Shown one piece after another: positions 50,578 through 59,850 of a stretch of DNA of 64,000 nucleotides. The stretch lies in the IMG/VR virus record IMGVR_UViG_3300012920_000023, positions 49,464 to 113,463 of that record. The stretch is one strand, 5' to 3'. The notes below the pieces were generated by a model. That model was not told where the DNA came from, did no database searches, and worked only from the letters and a program-made list of their open reading frames with translations. The position numbers were made by a program, and so were the translations under genes. The stretch is from a virus. The first letter of the stretch is position 1. Each line of letters begins with the position of its first letter.

Positions 50578-51021
50578 ATGCCTTTAAGTTTGAAAAAGCA
50601 GAGATTGGTATGGGTATATGCAAACCATGCCAAGAGAGAGTATTTAAGCGGTAATTTTTTGATCGCCGGGCATCCCCGGACTGCTCGTTATCCCGGTATC
50701 AAAGAGATGATACAGATGGAGAGTGCAGTCGGGGCAGTTCTTTTAAGCCTGCTCACTCCGGTAAGCCGTAAGATTGATGGCTCCCGGGTCAAGCATGAGT
50801 TTAGAGGTCGGTGGGCAGGAGATACGGTCATCTCACTCAATAATAAAGAAGACTATGGAAAGTTTAGGGAGATCACCGAGAGTTATCACTCCGTAAACTT
50901 AGAGGGTGTGGATTATCTAAGAGAGCAAGACTCTTGGGATAGACCTCTGTATGACACTTTGGTTGAGGACTTTGAGATGCCGATGCCAAGACCCGGCAAC
51001 CTTTTAGAGCAGGCTAAATAA
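50578..51021 (+). CDS. Hypothetical protein
   Basis: NHAKREYL and GRWAGD motifs; AGGAGG RBS. Confidence 0.6.
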   Translation: MPLSLKKQRLVWVYANHAKREYLSGNFLIAGHPRTARYPGIKEMIQMESAVGAVLLSLLTPVSRKIDGSRVKHEFRGRWAGDTVISLNNKEDYGKFREITESYHSVNLEGVDYLREQDSWDRPLYDTLVEDFEMPMPRPGNLLEQAK

Positions 51022-51040
51022 TTTCGATATTATTTTATTT

Positions 51041-51073
51041 TGACTTGACAAGTCATTTATATATGACTATAAC
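51041..51073 (+). promoter_or_regulatory. Promoter with overlapping inverted repeat
   Basis: TTGACA 51045-17 nt-TATAAC; TGACTTG-A-CAAGTCA palindrome 51041-51055. Confidence 0.7.
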
Positions 51074-51149
51074 ACTCAATAAGCGTTAATAATGATTAAC
51101 GTGATTTCAGTAATCAACCCAAAACATGAACAAAGATCAAGGAGTTCAA

Positions 51150-51899
51150 ATGAGTAATTGGGGATCACAAGGATGGGATACCGTAGATGATTACGGCCCA
51201 CAGAAGACAGCAGATACCGGCCCTCGCAAGTTCTATATGCCGGCTAACCTCACAAAACGCATCCTATTTTTAGGCTCTGCCCCGTTCACCTTTTGGGAGC
51301 ACTCGCTCTATGAGATCACTAGATCCGGTAAGGATAAAGAGATCTGCCTTAAGCGTAACCGTATCGCCCAAGAGTGCCCACTCTGTGATAAAGAGATGTG
51401 GCCATCAATGATCGGCTATTTTACGGTGGTTGATATGGGTGATGTGAAGCGTCAACCGGATGGCTCTGTTCGCCTAGAGGGTTGGACAAGTGATAAGGGC
51501 GTTACCTATCAGTTTGGTCGTAAACTCTTAGGGGCAAAGCGTGGCGGTAAAGATAAGCCGGGCATCCTTAAAAAGATTGCTCGACTTGCCGAACGACATG
51601 GCGACTTGAAAGGGTGCGTCTTTGATGTATACCGATCCGGCAATAAAGTTGAAACCTGCGGTGATGAGTGGGACTTCGTTGAGAAGATTCCTGCCGATCA
51701 AATCGGGGCTTATTTGATGAGCAACGGAGCAACAGAAGAACAGATTGAAGACCTGTCGGAAGTAAACTACGCAGAGCATTTCGTACCCAAGACAGTTGAT
51801 GAGTTAAAAGCCCTTGTTAATGGGGGCACAAGCAATGACTTCGGCGGTGGCTTCGGTCAATCACCCTCAAGCGGTGATTCGCCTTGGAAGAAGTGGTGA
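51150..51899 (+). CDS. Single-stranded DNA-binding protein (gp32-like)
   Basis: H..C..CPLC zinc motif, YRSG, Gly-rich/acidic tail; in replication block. Confidence 0.7.
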   Translation: MSNWGSQGWDTVDDYGPQKTADTGPRKFYMPANLTKRILFLGSAPFTFWEHSLYEITRSGKDKEICLKRNRIAQECPLCDKEMWPSMIGYFTVVDMGDVKRQPDGSVRLEGWTSDKGVTYQFGRKLLGAKRGGKDKPGILKKIARLAERHGDLKGCVFDVYRSGNKVETCGDEWDFVEKIPADQIGAYLMSNGATEEQIEDLSEVNYAEHFVPKTVDELKALVNGGTSNDFGGGFGQSPSSGDSPWKKW

Positions 51900-51967
51900 T
51901 CTAACGACTTGACCGGCAGTATCGCTTAAAGCAGATGCCTTGAGTATCTGCAACTAATCCTAACCAC

Positions 51968-51987
51968 GGCCCTCCGGGGTCTTTCTC
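51968..51987 (+). terminator. Possible intrinsic terminator
   Basis: GGCCC-TCCG-GGGTC then TTTCT. Confidence 0.45.
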
Positions 51988-52026
51988 GTTTCTATAGGTT
52001 ATTAAAAATGAACATTAGTAAGCGTC

Positions 52027-53493
52027 ATGAAAGAGCATAAGTACATTGCAAGTGGATGGGTGTGGCTCCGTAAGTCTGATTATGCTCCGTCTTATCTCAA
52101 CCATATAAGGAGGGTGCTAACCTGTTACCCTAAGTCGACTTCTGAACACAGCAAAGCCGAGCCGGCTCCAATAAGATTATATGAGGATAGGCGTGAAGTT
52201 CTAGGCGTGCCTAGAGGTTGGTTTACCGATCAACTAGATTATTCAAGAGAAGCGGTAATAGAGCGAGTTTCAGACGGCTCTCCCATAGATACATCCGTTA
52301 AGTCCTTAATGCGGTTTAAAGGGCCATTTAAAGAGCAGGGAAACGCATTAGAGGTCATGCGTGATTACATGAACCTAAAAGGGTTTGGTGGCTTCTTGCT
52401 TCAAGCCGGTTGTGGTTTTGGTAAAACTAACACTGCACTTGAACTCGCTTATCGCAACGGGCGACGCACACTTATCCTTGTGCATAAGGAGTTCTTTCTC
52501 CGGCAGTGGAGAGAACGTATAGAGACATTCTTTACGGGGGCAAAGATTGGTTATATCCGGCAGGACTCGTGTGATTTTGAGGGCTGTGATTTTGTGATCG
52601 GTATGCTTCAATCGATAGCAAGAGATGATGGGGCAGGGAGTAAGTATAACCCGGCGATGTATGAAGCGTTTGGTATGGTGATCTCTGACGAATGCCATCG
52701 TATAGGTGCTCAAAGTTGGTCATCGATTGTGCCGAGGTTTACTGCACGTTGGCGTGTGGGGTTGACAGCCACTCCCCGGCGTAAAGACGACGCAGAGATG
52801 GTATTCTTCAAACACATTGGCCCGATTATATACCGAGCAAAGACATCTGCTCTAGTCCCGGAGGTGCGTGTCTTAGAGACACAGGCGACTCTTGATGGGA
52901 AGCGTGTCTATGGACGTTTCAAGCCGGCAGATTCACTAGGCCATACTGAGGTTCTGAGTCAGTTGGTTAAAGATGACAAGCGGAACCGCCTTATCGCCGA
53001 GGTCGTATCTCGTGCGGTGGCGAATGGTCGTAAAGTTATGATCATCAGTGAACGTTTGAAGCACCTAGATTCCATAAAAGAACAGTTTTTTGAAGAACTG
53101 CTCCGCTTGGATTATGAACTAGACCCGGACGTTCAAGTTGATTACATGGTAGGCTCTAGGAGTGAAAACGAACTCAAAGAAGCAGAGTCGGCAAACGTAA
53201 TCCTTGCAACAAAGCAGATGGTAGAAGAGGGGCTAGATGTACCGGCGATTGATGTGTTGGTATTGGCCACGCCCATGAGTGATGTGGAGCAGACTGTCGG
53301 ACGTGTTCGCCGACACTGCAAACCGTCAAAAGATAAATGCCCAAAAATGTGTCCTTGGAGAGCACACGAGTGCACCGGGAAACCCCACCCGATAGTGGTA
53401 GACGTTCACGACCCGGGCATACCTCAGTCGATGAGAAAAGTTAAACGTCGAAATGATTTCTATACAAAGATAAAAGGAGGCCATAATGGCTAG
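52027..53493 (+). CDS. Superfamily 2 helicase (UvsW/ResIII-like)
   Basis: GFGKT, DECH, GLTATP, EGLDVP, QTVGRVRR. Confidence 0.9.
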   Translation: MKEHKYIASGWVWLRKSDYAPSYLNHIRRVLTCYPKSTSEHSKAEPAPIRLYEDRREVLGVPRGWFTDQLDYSREAVIERVSDGSPIDTSVKSLMRFKGPFKEQGNALEVMRDYMNLKGFGGFLLQAGCGFGKTNTALELAYRNGRRTLILVHKEFFLRQWRERIETFFTGAKIGYIRQDSCDFEGCDFVIGMLQSIARDDGAGSKYNPAMYEAFGMVISDECHRIGAQSWSSIVPRFTARWRVGLTATPRRKDDAEMVFFKHIGPIIYRAKTSALVPEVRVLETQATLDGKRVYGRFKPADSLGHTEVLSQLVKDDKRNRLIAEVVSRAVANGRKVMIISERLKHLDSIKEQFFEELLRLDYELDPDVQVDYMVGSRSENELKEAESANVILATKQMVEEGLDVPAIDVLVLATPMSDVEQTVGRVRRHCKPSKDKCPKMCPWRAHECTGKPHPIVVDVHDPGIPQSMRKVKRRNDFYTKIKGGHNG

Positions 53494-53920
53494 TAAAAAA
53501 AGTGGGACTTACTTTACGGAGTGGTATGCTAAGAACCGAGAAACTTTTCTTGAGAAACGTCGAGCACGTTATCAAGATGATGAGAATTACCGGGAGAGAC
53601 AACAGCGTTACACTAAGGAATCTCGTCAGAGAAAGCGTGACGGTGAAGAGTTGGTTTACAAAAACACTCTTAAAGACCTCGCAGACTCAATGAGTGTTTG
53701 CACAGGGACTGTTCGATATTGGTTCAAGCAGGGTTACATGCCTGTTCCACCCAAAGGCCAATCCGGACGTTATGAGATCACCGATGAGAGTTTATCTATG
53801 ATTTCAAGTGCGTTTAAAGAGTTAGGAGGTCGTTTAAAGCCCTCTAATGTAAAAGAGTTTAAAGACATGACCGGTAAACTCATTGATAGCGGTTGGTGTT
53901 ATGAAGAGGTGGATGCATGA
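53486..53920 (+). CDS. MerR-like HTH DNA-binding protein
   Basis: LKDLADSMSVCTGTVRYWFKQGYMP...GRY. Confidence 0.7.
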   Translation: MASKKSGTYFTEWYAKNRETFLEKRRARYQDDENYRERQQRYTKESRQRKRDGEELVYKNTLKDLADSMSVCTGTVRYWFKQGYMPVPPKGQSGRYEITDESLSMISSAFKELGGRLKPSNVKEFKDMTGKLIDSGWCYEEVDA

Positions 53921-54099
53921 GAGATATTGTTAGCCGGCTAGGTCGGTTCAAGTTTACGGTTCACAACCTTGTGGCACACCCTCTCATGGAGGTACTTCAC
54001 CTCATCGGATTTTCTGAGTTAGGAGACAAAATCCATGATGCCACACTGCCGTGGGATCGCAGTGAAAGTCATATTGAAAATAATGAAAATAAAACTTGA
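53917..54099 (+). CDS. Small hypothetical protein
   Basis: HNLVAHPLMEV...IHDATLP; paralogous to N-terminus of 62907 ORF. Confidence 0.65.
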   Translation: MRDIVSRLGRFKFTVHNLVAHPLMEVLHLIGFSELGDKIHDATLPWDRSESHIENNENKT

Positions 54100-54163
54100 C
54101 TATCATGCAAGTCAAAGTTAAAACTTAATCACGGTTCAACATGGATAAAAAAAGGAGTTGAAA

Positions 54164-54718
54164 ATGACCGTGTTAAGAAATGATGAAGAACGATTTGACC
54201 CTCAGATCCGGTATTATACCGAAGAGCGTGAGACCACAACGACGATTGTCAGTAAAGGCGATCCAACCCTAACGCAAGTCGGCAATCCGGTTGAGTTTAC
54301 ATGGACAGAGGGCTTGCCTAGAGTCGCTTATTCTGCCGGTAAAACCCTCTCCCTCGGCGATTATCAGTTTGCTAGAGTGGGCGTTACTATTGAGGTTGAG
54401 TATGGGCTTAATGACAACCCCGATCATGCCTATGATACAGTGAAGTATCTCGCTAAAGAGATTGTTGCTCAAGAGTCTGCTTCTATAAAGCGTGAAGAGC
54501 GTGAAAACGGTGAGTTCCTGCCCGGTGACTATGGCAAATATAGGATCACACTAGACTATGGCTTAACTTTGAAAACCGGACGCTTTGATTCGTCAAAGGT
54601 TGATGTTATTTTGACTCGGTACTCGACGCATAAAGACCTGCAAGGCGTGTTGGCAAATATGCGTGGAATCCTCTCCAAGAGAGTTCAAGAAGAGGCCGTA
54701 CAAATCAAATCATCATAA
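54164..54718 (+). CDS. Hypothetical protein with internal duplication
   Basis: GKTLSLGDYQFARVGV and GLTLKTGRFDSSKVDV repeats. Confidence 0.6.
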   Translation: MTVLRNDEERFDPQIRYYTEERETTTTIVSKGDPTLTQVGNPVEFTWTEGLPRVAYSAGKTLSLGDYQFARVGVTIEVEYGLNDNPDHAYDTVKYLAKEIVAQESASIKREERENGEFLPGDYGKYRITLDYGLTLKTGRFDSSKVDVILTRYSTHKDLQGVLANMRGILSKRVQEEAVQIKSS

Positions 54719-54728
54719 CGGAGTGAAC

Positions 54729-54983
54729 ATGGATATTGATGTCCTAGTCAAGATGTTTACCGGGGCATCATGGATCATGTATACCTTGCTGATCTTAATA
54801 GGTCTGCCCGGTATGTATAACTCAGTGTGGCAGTTCATAATGGACGATGACATTACAATCGCCATACTTGCCTTTGTCCTGCCGGTGTTTTTCTGTGCCG
54901 GGCTAGGTTTGGCGGTTTATTTCTTCCCGTTATTCTCCGGAGCAGTCATGTCATATTTTATTTACAATACACTTAACAAGTAA
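54729..54983 (+). CDS. Small membrane protein
   Basis: 2-3 hydrophobic segments. Confidence 0.55.
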   Translation: MDIDVLVKMFTGASWIMYTLLILIGLPGMYNSVWQFIMDDDITIAILAFVLPVFFCAGLGLAVYFFPLFSGAVMSYFIYNTLNK

Positions 54984-54994
54984 GGGCATTAATT

Positions 54995-56188
54995 TTGAGT
55001 AGGAGAGATAAGTTAAAGGCGTTTGCGTCTCAAGTAGAAAAGAAGTATGGAGAGCGTTCATTAGATATCGGTTTACGCACCATTGATATAAAGAGGTTGC
55101 CCACCGGCAGTCTTGGTTTAGACTTGGCTTTAGGTGGTGGAGTTCCTTATGGTCGTGTGACTATGATGTATGGTGCGAAATCTAGCGGAAAGACCACCAC
55201 GGCTTATAGGTTAGCAGGTCAATGTCAAGACTTGTGTGCTAACTGCCTGCGACCTGCACAGTTTGATGATCTTAGCGTAAGGTATGACGAGGATGGTGAA
55301 GTCATTGAACCTCAAGGCCACTGTGATTGCTACAACGAGGGTTTATTTACTCCGGTTCAATACCCGGATGAAAATAAACTCGATTTTAAAGCACGTTTAA
55401 AAGCGTATGAGCAGAACTCTTATGAGAGGTTTTGGATTGCGATCATAGACGTGGAAGCGTCTTACGATCACAAGTGGGCGACGAAAGTAGGCTTAAAGCC
55501 TTATGGAGTTGTCTTTAGCCGTCCGGGGTCAGCAGAAGAGGCAATCGATGTTATTGATCATCTCGTTAGAACCGGGAGCGTGGACATGGTTGTTCTAGAC
55601 AGTATCGCTTCTTTGACTCCCTCTAAGGAGATTGAAGAGAGCGTGGAAAAGTGGCAACAGGGCTTGCAGGCACGCCTAGTCAATAAGTTCTGTCGAAAGA
55701 TAAACTCTACCATAAATGATGTGGGCCGGGAGTATGGTCGTAAACCCACTATGGTGTTCATCAATCAGATACGAGAGAAGATCGGCGTTATGTTTGGCTC
55801 AAATGAAACCGTTCCCGGTGGTAGAGGGCAGGGATTCGTAACATCATGCGAGATCAAGATGTGGGCGAACGATTATCAAAAAGAAAAGATGCCGGGTCTT
55901 GATTTTGAAACGACCACAGGCGTGCGGATTAATTTTAAGGTTGAAAAAAACAAGACTGCTCCACCAAAGCGAACGGGTTCATACTTAATGTCTCTTGAAG
56001 ACGGGTCTGTCGATGACAGTAAACTAATTCTCGATTTCGCCGAGGGGTACGGTGTCTTTGGAAAGAACGGAAAAGTTTGGGAAGTTCTTGGAGTAGAGTT
56101 TAAGACTAAAAAGTCGGCGGTAGAGTTCATTATGAAGCCGGAGAATGTTCAGCACATCAAAGAGTTGATGTTAGAGGCTTATGTGTAA
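54995..56188 (+). CDS. recA: RecA recombinase with Cys-rich insertion
   Basis: TGSLGLDLALGGGVPYGR, SSGKTT, VLDSIA, FINQIREKIGVMFG, VEKNK. Confidence 0.93.
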   Translation: MSRRDKLKAFASQVEKKYGERSLDIGLRTIDIKRLPTGSLGLDLALGGGVPYGRVTMMYGAKSSGKTTTAYRLAGQCQDLCANCLRPAQFDDLSVRYDEDGEVIEPQGHCDCYNEGLFTPVQYPDENKLDFKARLKAYEQNSYERFWIAIIDVEASYDHKWATKVGLKPYGVVFSRPGSAEEAIDVIDHLVRTGSVDMVVLDSIASLTPSKEIEESVEKWQQGLQARLVNKFCRKINSTINDVGREYGRKPTMVFINQIREKIGVMFGSNETVPGGRGQGFVTSCEIKMWANDYQKEKMPGLDFETTTGVRINFKVEKNKTAPPKRTGSYLMSLEDGSVDDSKLILDFAEGYGVFGKNGKVWEVLGVEFKTKKSAVEFIMKPENVQHIKELMLEAYV

Positions 56189-56475
56189 TGCCGGAGTTAG
56201 TAGCGATGCTCCTGCTGTCCATTCTGTGCTTCCGGAGGCCATCAAAGGGTCAATCGTGTTCATGGCAGGTTGATGGTATAGGTATCGATGGGAGCGTCTT
56301 TGAGGTTTGTACTAAGTGCACACGAGTGCGTGTCTACCTCGTTGACCGAGATGGTGAGCCTTTAAGTATCTATGAGTTTGACAAGTTAGACTCGTCTGAG
56401 TCCACAGAAGACGCCGTATTAAGAGAGTATAAAAATAACGCAGGTTTGATAGAGATTGATAATGAAGACCTCTAA
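56188..56475 (+). CDS. Hypothetical protein
   Basis: Coupled to recA; CTKC. Confidence 0.5.
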   Translation: MPELVAMLLLSILCFRRPSKGQSCSWQVDGIGIDGSVFEVCTKCTRVRVYLVDRDGEPLSIYEFDKLDSSESTEDAVLREYKNNAGLIEIDNEDL

Positions 56476-56673
56476 GTCTAATATGTAGTCATGGAGGTTG
56501 GTCATGGTTTATATAAAATGTATAAAATGTAATGCAGAGTTTGAAGCCCGGTATACGCCGGAGCGTATTTCATACTGTGGCTTTTGCACTCCAACAGGTA
56601 AGTCCTGCTGTCGCAAGAAAGCAAGACCACCAAAAGATAAAAAACCAACTAGTAAAATAACTTAGGAGTTTTC

Positions 56674-57489
56674 ATGTATTCAAAGCGTATCTCAGACCTT
56701 TTAGAGTCAAGAAAAAATGAGCCGGGCGACTTTGACAAGTCGATTGATGGCATTGACTATGAAGATATTTTCGATGATGAGTGGGAGGACGACGATGATG
56801 AGACCATTGATCCCATTGATTTGGAAGATCAACCAAATACAGTAGTTAATGAAGCACACGGTTTATCACAGGCCGACGCAGACATTCTAAAGAATCATCT
56901 TAACACTGTTCAAGATCCGGAAGTCATAAGAATACTTAACTTTATTATAAAGAGTAATGTATTAGTGCCGTATACTCAAGATGTCACCAAGATGAAGAAG
57001 AAGATGAAGAATGAGTCTGTCTCTCATCAACGTATGCTCGCTAAGTACGGTGAGTATTTTGCCAACTACAAAAGACCTGCGGACGTTAGTTCTAGGATAA
57101 GGAATAACCCGGATTATGACATAGACGCTCTAGTTAAGCGTAGAACAAAGGACATACCGCCGGACGTGCCGTTTGGGGTTGACGATATCTTAAGTGGCAA
57201 AGAACTCAACGCTATTATGAACCATCCGGGCTTCAAGTCAATGGACGCAAGTGTGAGAGACTCAATCATAGATTGGGCAAGCCTTGCGGAGACTAGGGTA
57301 GGCGAAGCGATTGATCAAGTGCTTATCGATGCATTCCTATCGAATGATAAGGTGCTTAAGCGAGGTCTTCCTGCCGAGAGTGCATATCGAGCCGGCATGG
57401 CTACACACGCAGAGGGTCATTTCCGACTTAGTGAGTTAGGTGAAAGACACGCTAAAGATTTGCTCAATAAGTTGATTACAGGAAACTAA
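56674..57489 (+). CDS. Hypothetical protein (possible internal virion protein)
   Basis: AGGAG RBS; LLES, VNEA, KNES motifs; acidic N-terminus. Confidence 0.6.
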   Translation: MYSKRISDLLESRKNEPGDFDKSIDGIDYEDIFDDEWEDDDDETIDPIDLEDQPNTVVNEAHGLSQADADILKNHLNTVQDPEVIRILNFIIKSNVLVPYTQDVTKMKKKMKNESVSHQRMLAKYGEYFANYKRPADVSSRIRNNPDYDIDALVKRRTKDIPPDVPFGVDDILSGKELNAIMNHPGFKSMDASVRDSIIDWASLAETRVGEAIDQVLIDAFLSNDKVLKRGLPAESAYRAGMATHAEGHFRLSELGERHAKDLLNKLITGN

Positions 57490-57495
57490 GAGAAG

Positions 57496-57894
57496 TTAGA
57501 TAACACCGGACATTGCTGATATATTATCAAGAGCAGTCATAGCGATCTTCTTCGCTCTTTGACCTGCTCTGCCAAGACCGGACAAGGCGGTAGAGATCTT
57601 ATTGCGTGCATCACCGACTGCTTTCTTTGCGTTTTTAACTTTATCAGTAAGACCTTTTAAGATTTTCTTCTTACCCTGTAGTGCGAGTCGGATTTGCCTA
57701 CTCCCCCCTTTAATAATGGAGTCCGGTTTACCGTCGTCCGGGACGCCATAAAATCCTACCTTTTGACCTCGTACTGTACGCCAAAACTCTTTTGCTTTAG
57801 CCTCGTCAAGATTCATGACGATTCCAAGATCCTCGGCTATAGATTGCTTTAGAGCACTTACTTCTTCTTCTGTTAGTAGTCCTTTAAGAGACAT
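57496..57894 (-). CDS. Hypothetical basic protein
   Basis: LTEE...LDEA then WRTVRG; Lys-rich. Confidence 0.6.
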   Translation of the reverse strand: MSLKGLLTEEEVSALKQSIAEDLGIVMNLDEAKAKEFWRTVRGQKVGFYGVPDDGKPDSIIKGGSRQIRLALQGKKKILKGLTDKVKNAKKAVGDARNKISTALSGLGRAGQRAKKIAMTALDNISAMSGVI

Positions 57895-58168
57895 ATTCTT
57901 ACTCCGTTATATGGGTTCGTTTATCAGTCATCTCTTGGCGGATTAAGTAGCCGACTAATCAGTTCTTTGATCCAATCCATGATGAATCCTGTCTGCGATT
58001 AATTTCAAGTTAAAATTGCTTGATCAATCTTAACAGTTTTTATCTGCCGACTCAACAGAGGGAGATCGCCCCGGCTCTAGTTGTCCAAAGTTTCTTTGTT
58101 TTCCACTTGACTATCATAATGTGAAATGAGACGGTCTATGTATCAATAGCGTTCAGAAAGGAACCGAT

Positions 58169-58387
58169 ATGACACTCAAACTTGTAACTTTTATTCATGA
58201 TGGGCAGAAAAAGGCAGTACGGACGCCGGAAGAGGCGATGCCGTACCTGCTCTCATCAAATGATGTGATTGATCTAAAGTGGGAAGAGATCACTACTCTT
58301 GCTCAATACGAGAGTTTTAAGCATTCACCGTTGTTAAGTATTGAAGAACTGAAAGGGCTTAAAGGTTATGTACACGGTTCAGATTAA
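58169..58387 (+). CDS. Hypothetical protein
   Basis: RBS present. Confidence 0.5.
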   Translation: MTLKLVTFIHDGQKKAVRTPEEAMPYLLSSNDVIDLKWEEITTLAQYESFKHSPLLSIEELKGLKGYVHGSD

Positions 58388-58598
58388 ACTCCCTAGCGGA
58401 GAGCGAAAAATTATCGGCCATTATGATTCGGAGACGGTCGCCTATATAGAAGCCCGGGCATATTGGAGAAAATGGCTGTCAAAAAATGTTGACGATGATG
58501 AAGACCGTGAGGAATGGCTTAAAGCCGGTCTTGAGGACTCAGACGTGAGAGTCAATCAAAAGGAACGGGATGTTGAATGGAAGTTATCATACTTATAG
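58368..58598 (+). CDS. Hypothetical protein
   Basis: Overlapping ORF. Confidence 0.5.
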   Translation: MYTVQIKLPSGERKIIGHYDSETVAYIEARAYWRKWLSKNVDDDEDREEWLKAGLEDSDVRVNQKERDVEWKLSYL

Positions 58599-58745
58599 TA
58601 ATCATTGTAATAGGTTGGAGGGTGGCATGTATGCTTTAATATTTGGCGTTCTAGAGGTGACGATCATTGTATGCTTAGTGGTGTCTTATCGGGTTAAATG
58701 AGTTTTGGCTAGACTAGGTTGAGCCGTTAGCCCGGGTTCGGTATT

Positions 58746-58841
58746 GCACCATAGTATAGTCTAATGGTGCTCCGTAAGTCTCCGGTTTTATTTAAACTTT
58801 TTTTATTTTTAGTTGACTTTCAATCGGTAATAGGTTAATAT
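58746..58841 (+). promoter_or_regulatory. Palindrome-promoter module
   Basis: GCACC-N15-GGTGC 58746-58770; 42 nt; TTGACT 58813-17 nt-TAATAT. Confidence 0.82.
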
Positions 58842-58878
58842 ATATACATCATTAAATAACGACTTAAGGAGGTCGAAA

Positions 58879-59223
58879 ATGAGTGAATATATTAGAGCCT
58901 TAGTAACGAATATGGATTCTTTAACCGGAGTCATCATTGAGTTCCCTAACGAGCCGGTCTTTACTGAGACCGAAAATATCGTGGATACTCTAGAAGAGTC
59001 TTTTCCTATGATCAACTTTACTCACGTTAATATCTTGACTCATCCGGTCTTTGAGTATACGGCCGTTGATAAAGTCTTGGAGAGCGATGAACTTCAAATC
59101 CTTGGTTCATTTAAGACTATTGAAGAGTATGAAGCCTTTACTCAAGGCGTTCGACTCGGCTTAAGTATTGAGTTCGATAAGATTGAAGTTACACGCTCCG
59201 CTTTACGACTCATTCAAGATTAA
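58879..59223 (+). CDS. Acidic hypothetical early protein
   Basis: TAAGGAGG RBS. Confidence 0.7.
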   Translation: MSEYIRALVTNMDSLTGVIIEFPNEPVFTETENIVDTLEESFPMINFTHVNILTHPVFEYTAVDKVLESDELQILGSFKTIEEYEAFTQGVRLGLSIEFDKIEVTRSALRLIQD

Positions 59224-59277
59224 AGCGAGGTGAGAGCCGGATCGGGTGTACACGCCGGCTCATAAGGCCGGAGCAAA

Positions 59278-59375
59278 GCACCATTAGTATAACCTTATGG
59301 TGCTCCGTAAAGCCTTAATATATATTAAACTCTCTTTCTTTTTTACTTGACTATAAAGGCCATACGAGGTAGTGT
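59278..59375 (+). promoter_or_regulatory. Palindrome-promoter module
   Basis: GCACC-N16-GGTGC 59278-59303; 43 nt; TTGACT 59347-17 nt-TAGTGT. Confidence 0.82.
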
Positions 59376-59413
59376 GTATATATATTAATGATAAAGGCTT
59401 AAGGAGGCCGAAA

Positions 59414-59626
59414 ATGATGGTATCTGATTTTCATAATATACGAATTTGGGTGATTGAGGTATGGAACGTGAACGGCGACTCCGTACTTTTTACCGCTTCA
59501 TCAAAGGCTCGGGCAATCAAGATTGCAGAGGAGGCACTCAAGCCTTATCCCGTTGAGGTTGAGAACGGCGATAGAGGCTTTGAGTTGACGAGTACAACGC
59601 TTGATGAGGTATTTGAGGTTTACTGA
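59414..59626 (+). CDS. Small early protein, paralogue A
   Basis: TAAGGAGG RBS; highly similar to 60608 ORF. Confidence 0.75.
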   Translation: MMVSDFHNIRIWVIEVWNVNGDSVLFTASSKARAIKIAEEALKPYPVEVENGDRGFELTSTTLDEVFEVY

Positions 59627-59713
59627 ACAAGACGGGCGGTCATAGCCACCCGGAAAATAATATGATTGAGGTTGATTAAGTTGACGGGTAAGTAGTGCTT
59701 GATTAAGCCAACA

Positions 59714-59810
59714 GCACCTTTATGAGTATCAATGGTGCTCCATAAGTGCCGGTATTTATTTAAAGTTTTTTTATTTTTATCTTGACTATAAGTGAAAGGT
59801 TAGGTACTAT
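59714..59810 (+). promoter_or_regulatory. Palindrome-promoter module
   Basis: GCACC-N15-GGTGC 59714-59738; 43 nt; TTGACT 59782-17 nt-TACTAT. Confidence 0.82.
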
Positions 59811-59850
59811 CTGAGTATGTTAAATGATATGAGCCAATAAGGAGGCTTCA

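Noticed and set aside
51910-51990. Possible structured RNA after the SSB gene
   Set aside because: Only short stems (GCAGAT..ATCTGC plus a terminator-like hairpin); insufficient to call an ncRNA without covariation data.
55225-55435. Intein in RecA
   Set aside because: About 65 aa is far below mini-intein size, and splicing blocks are not evident.
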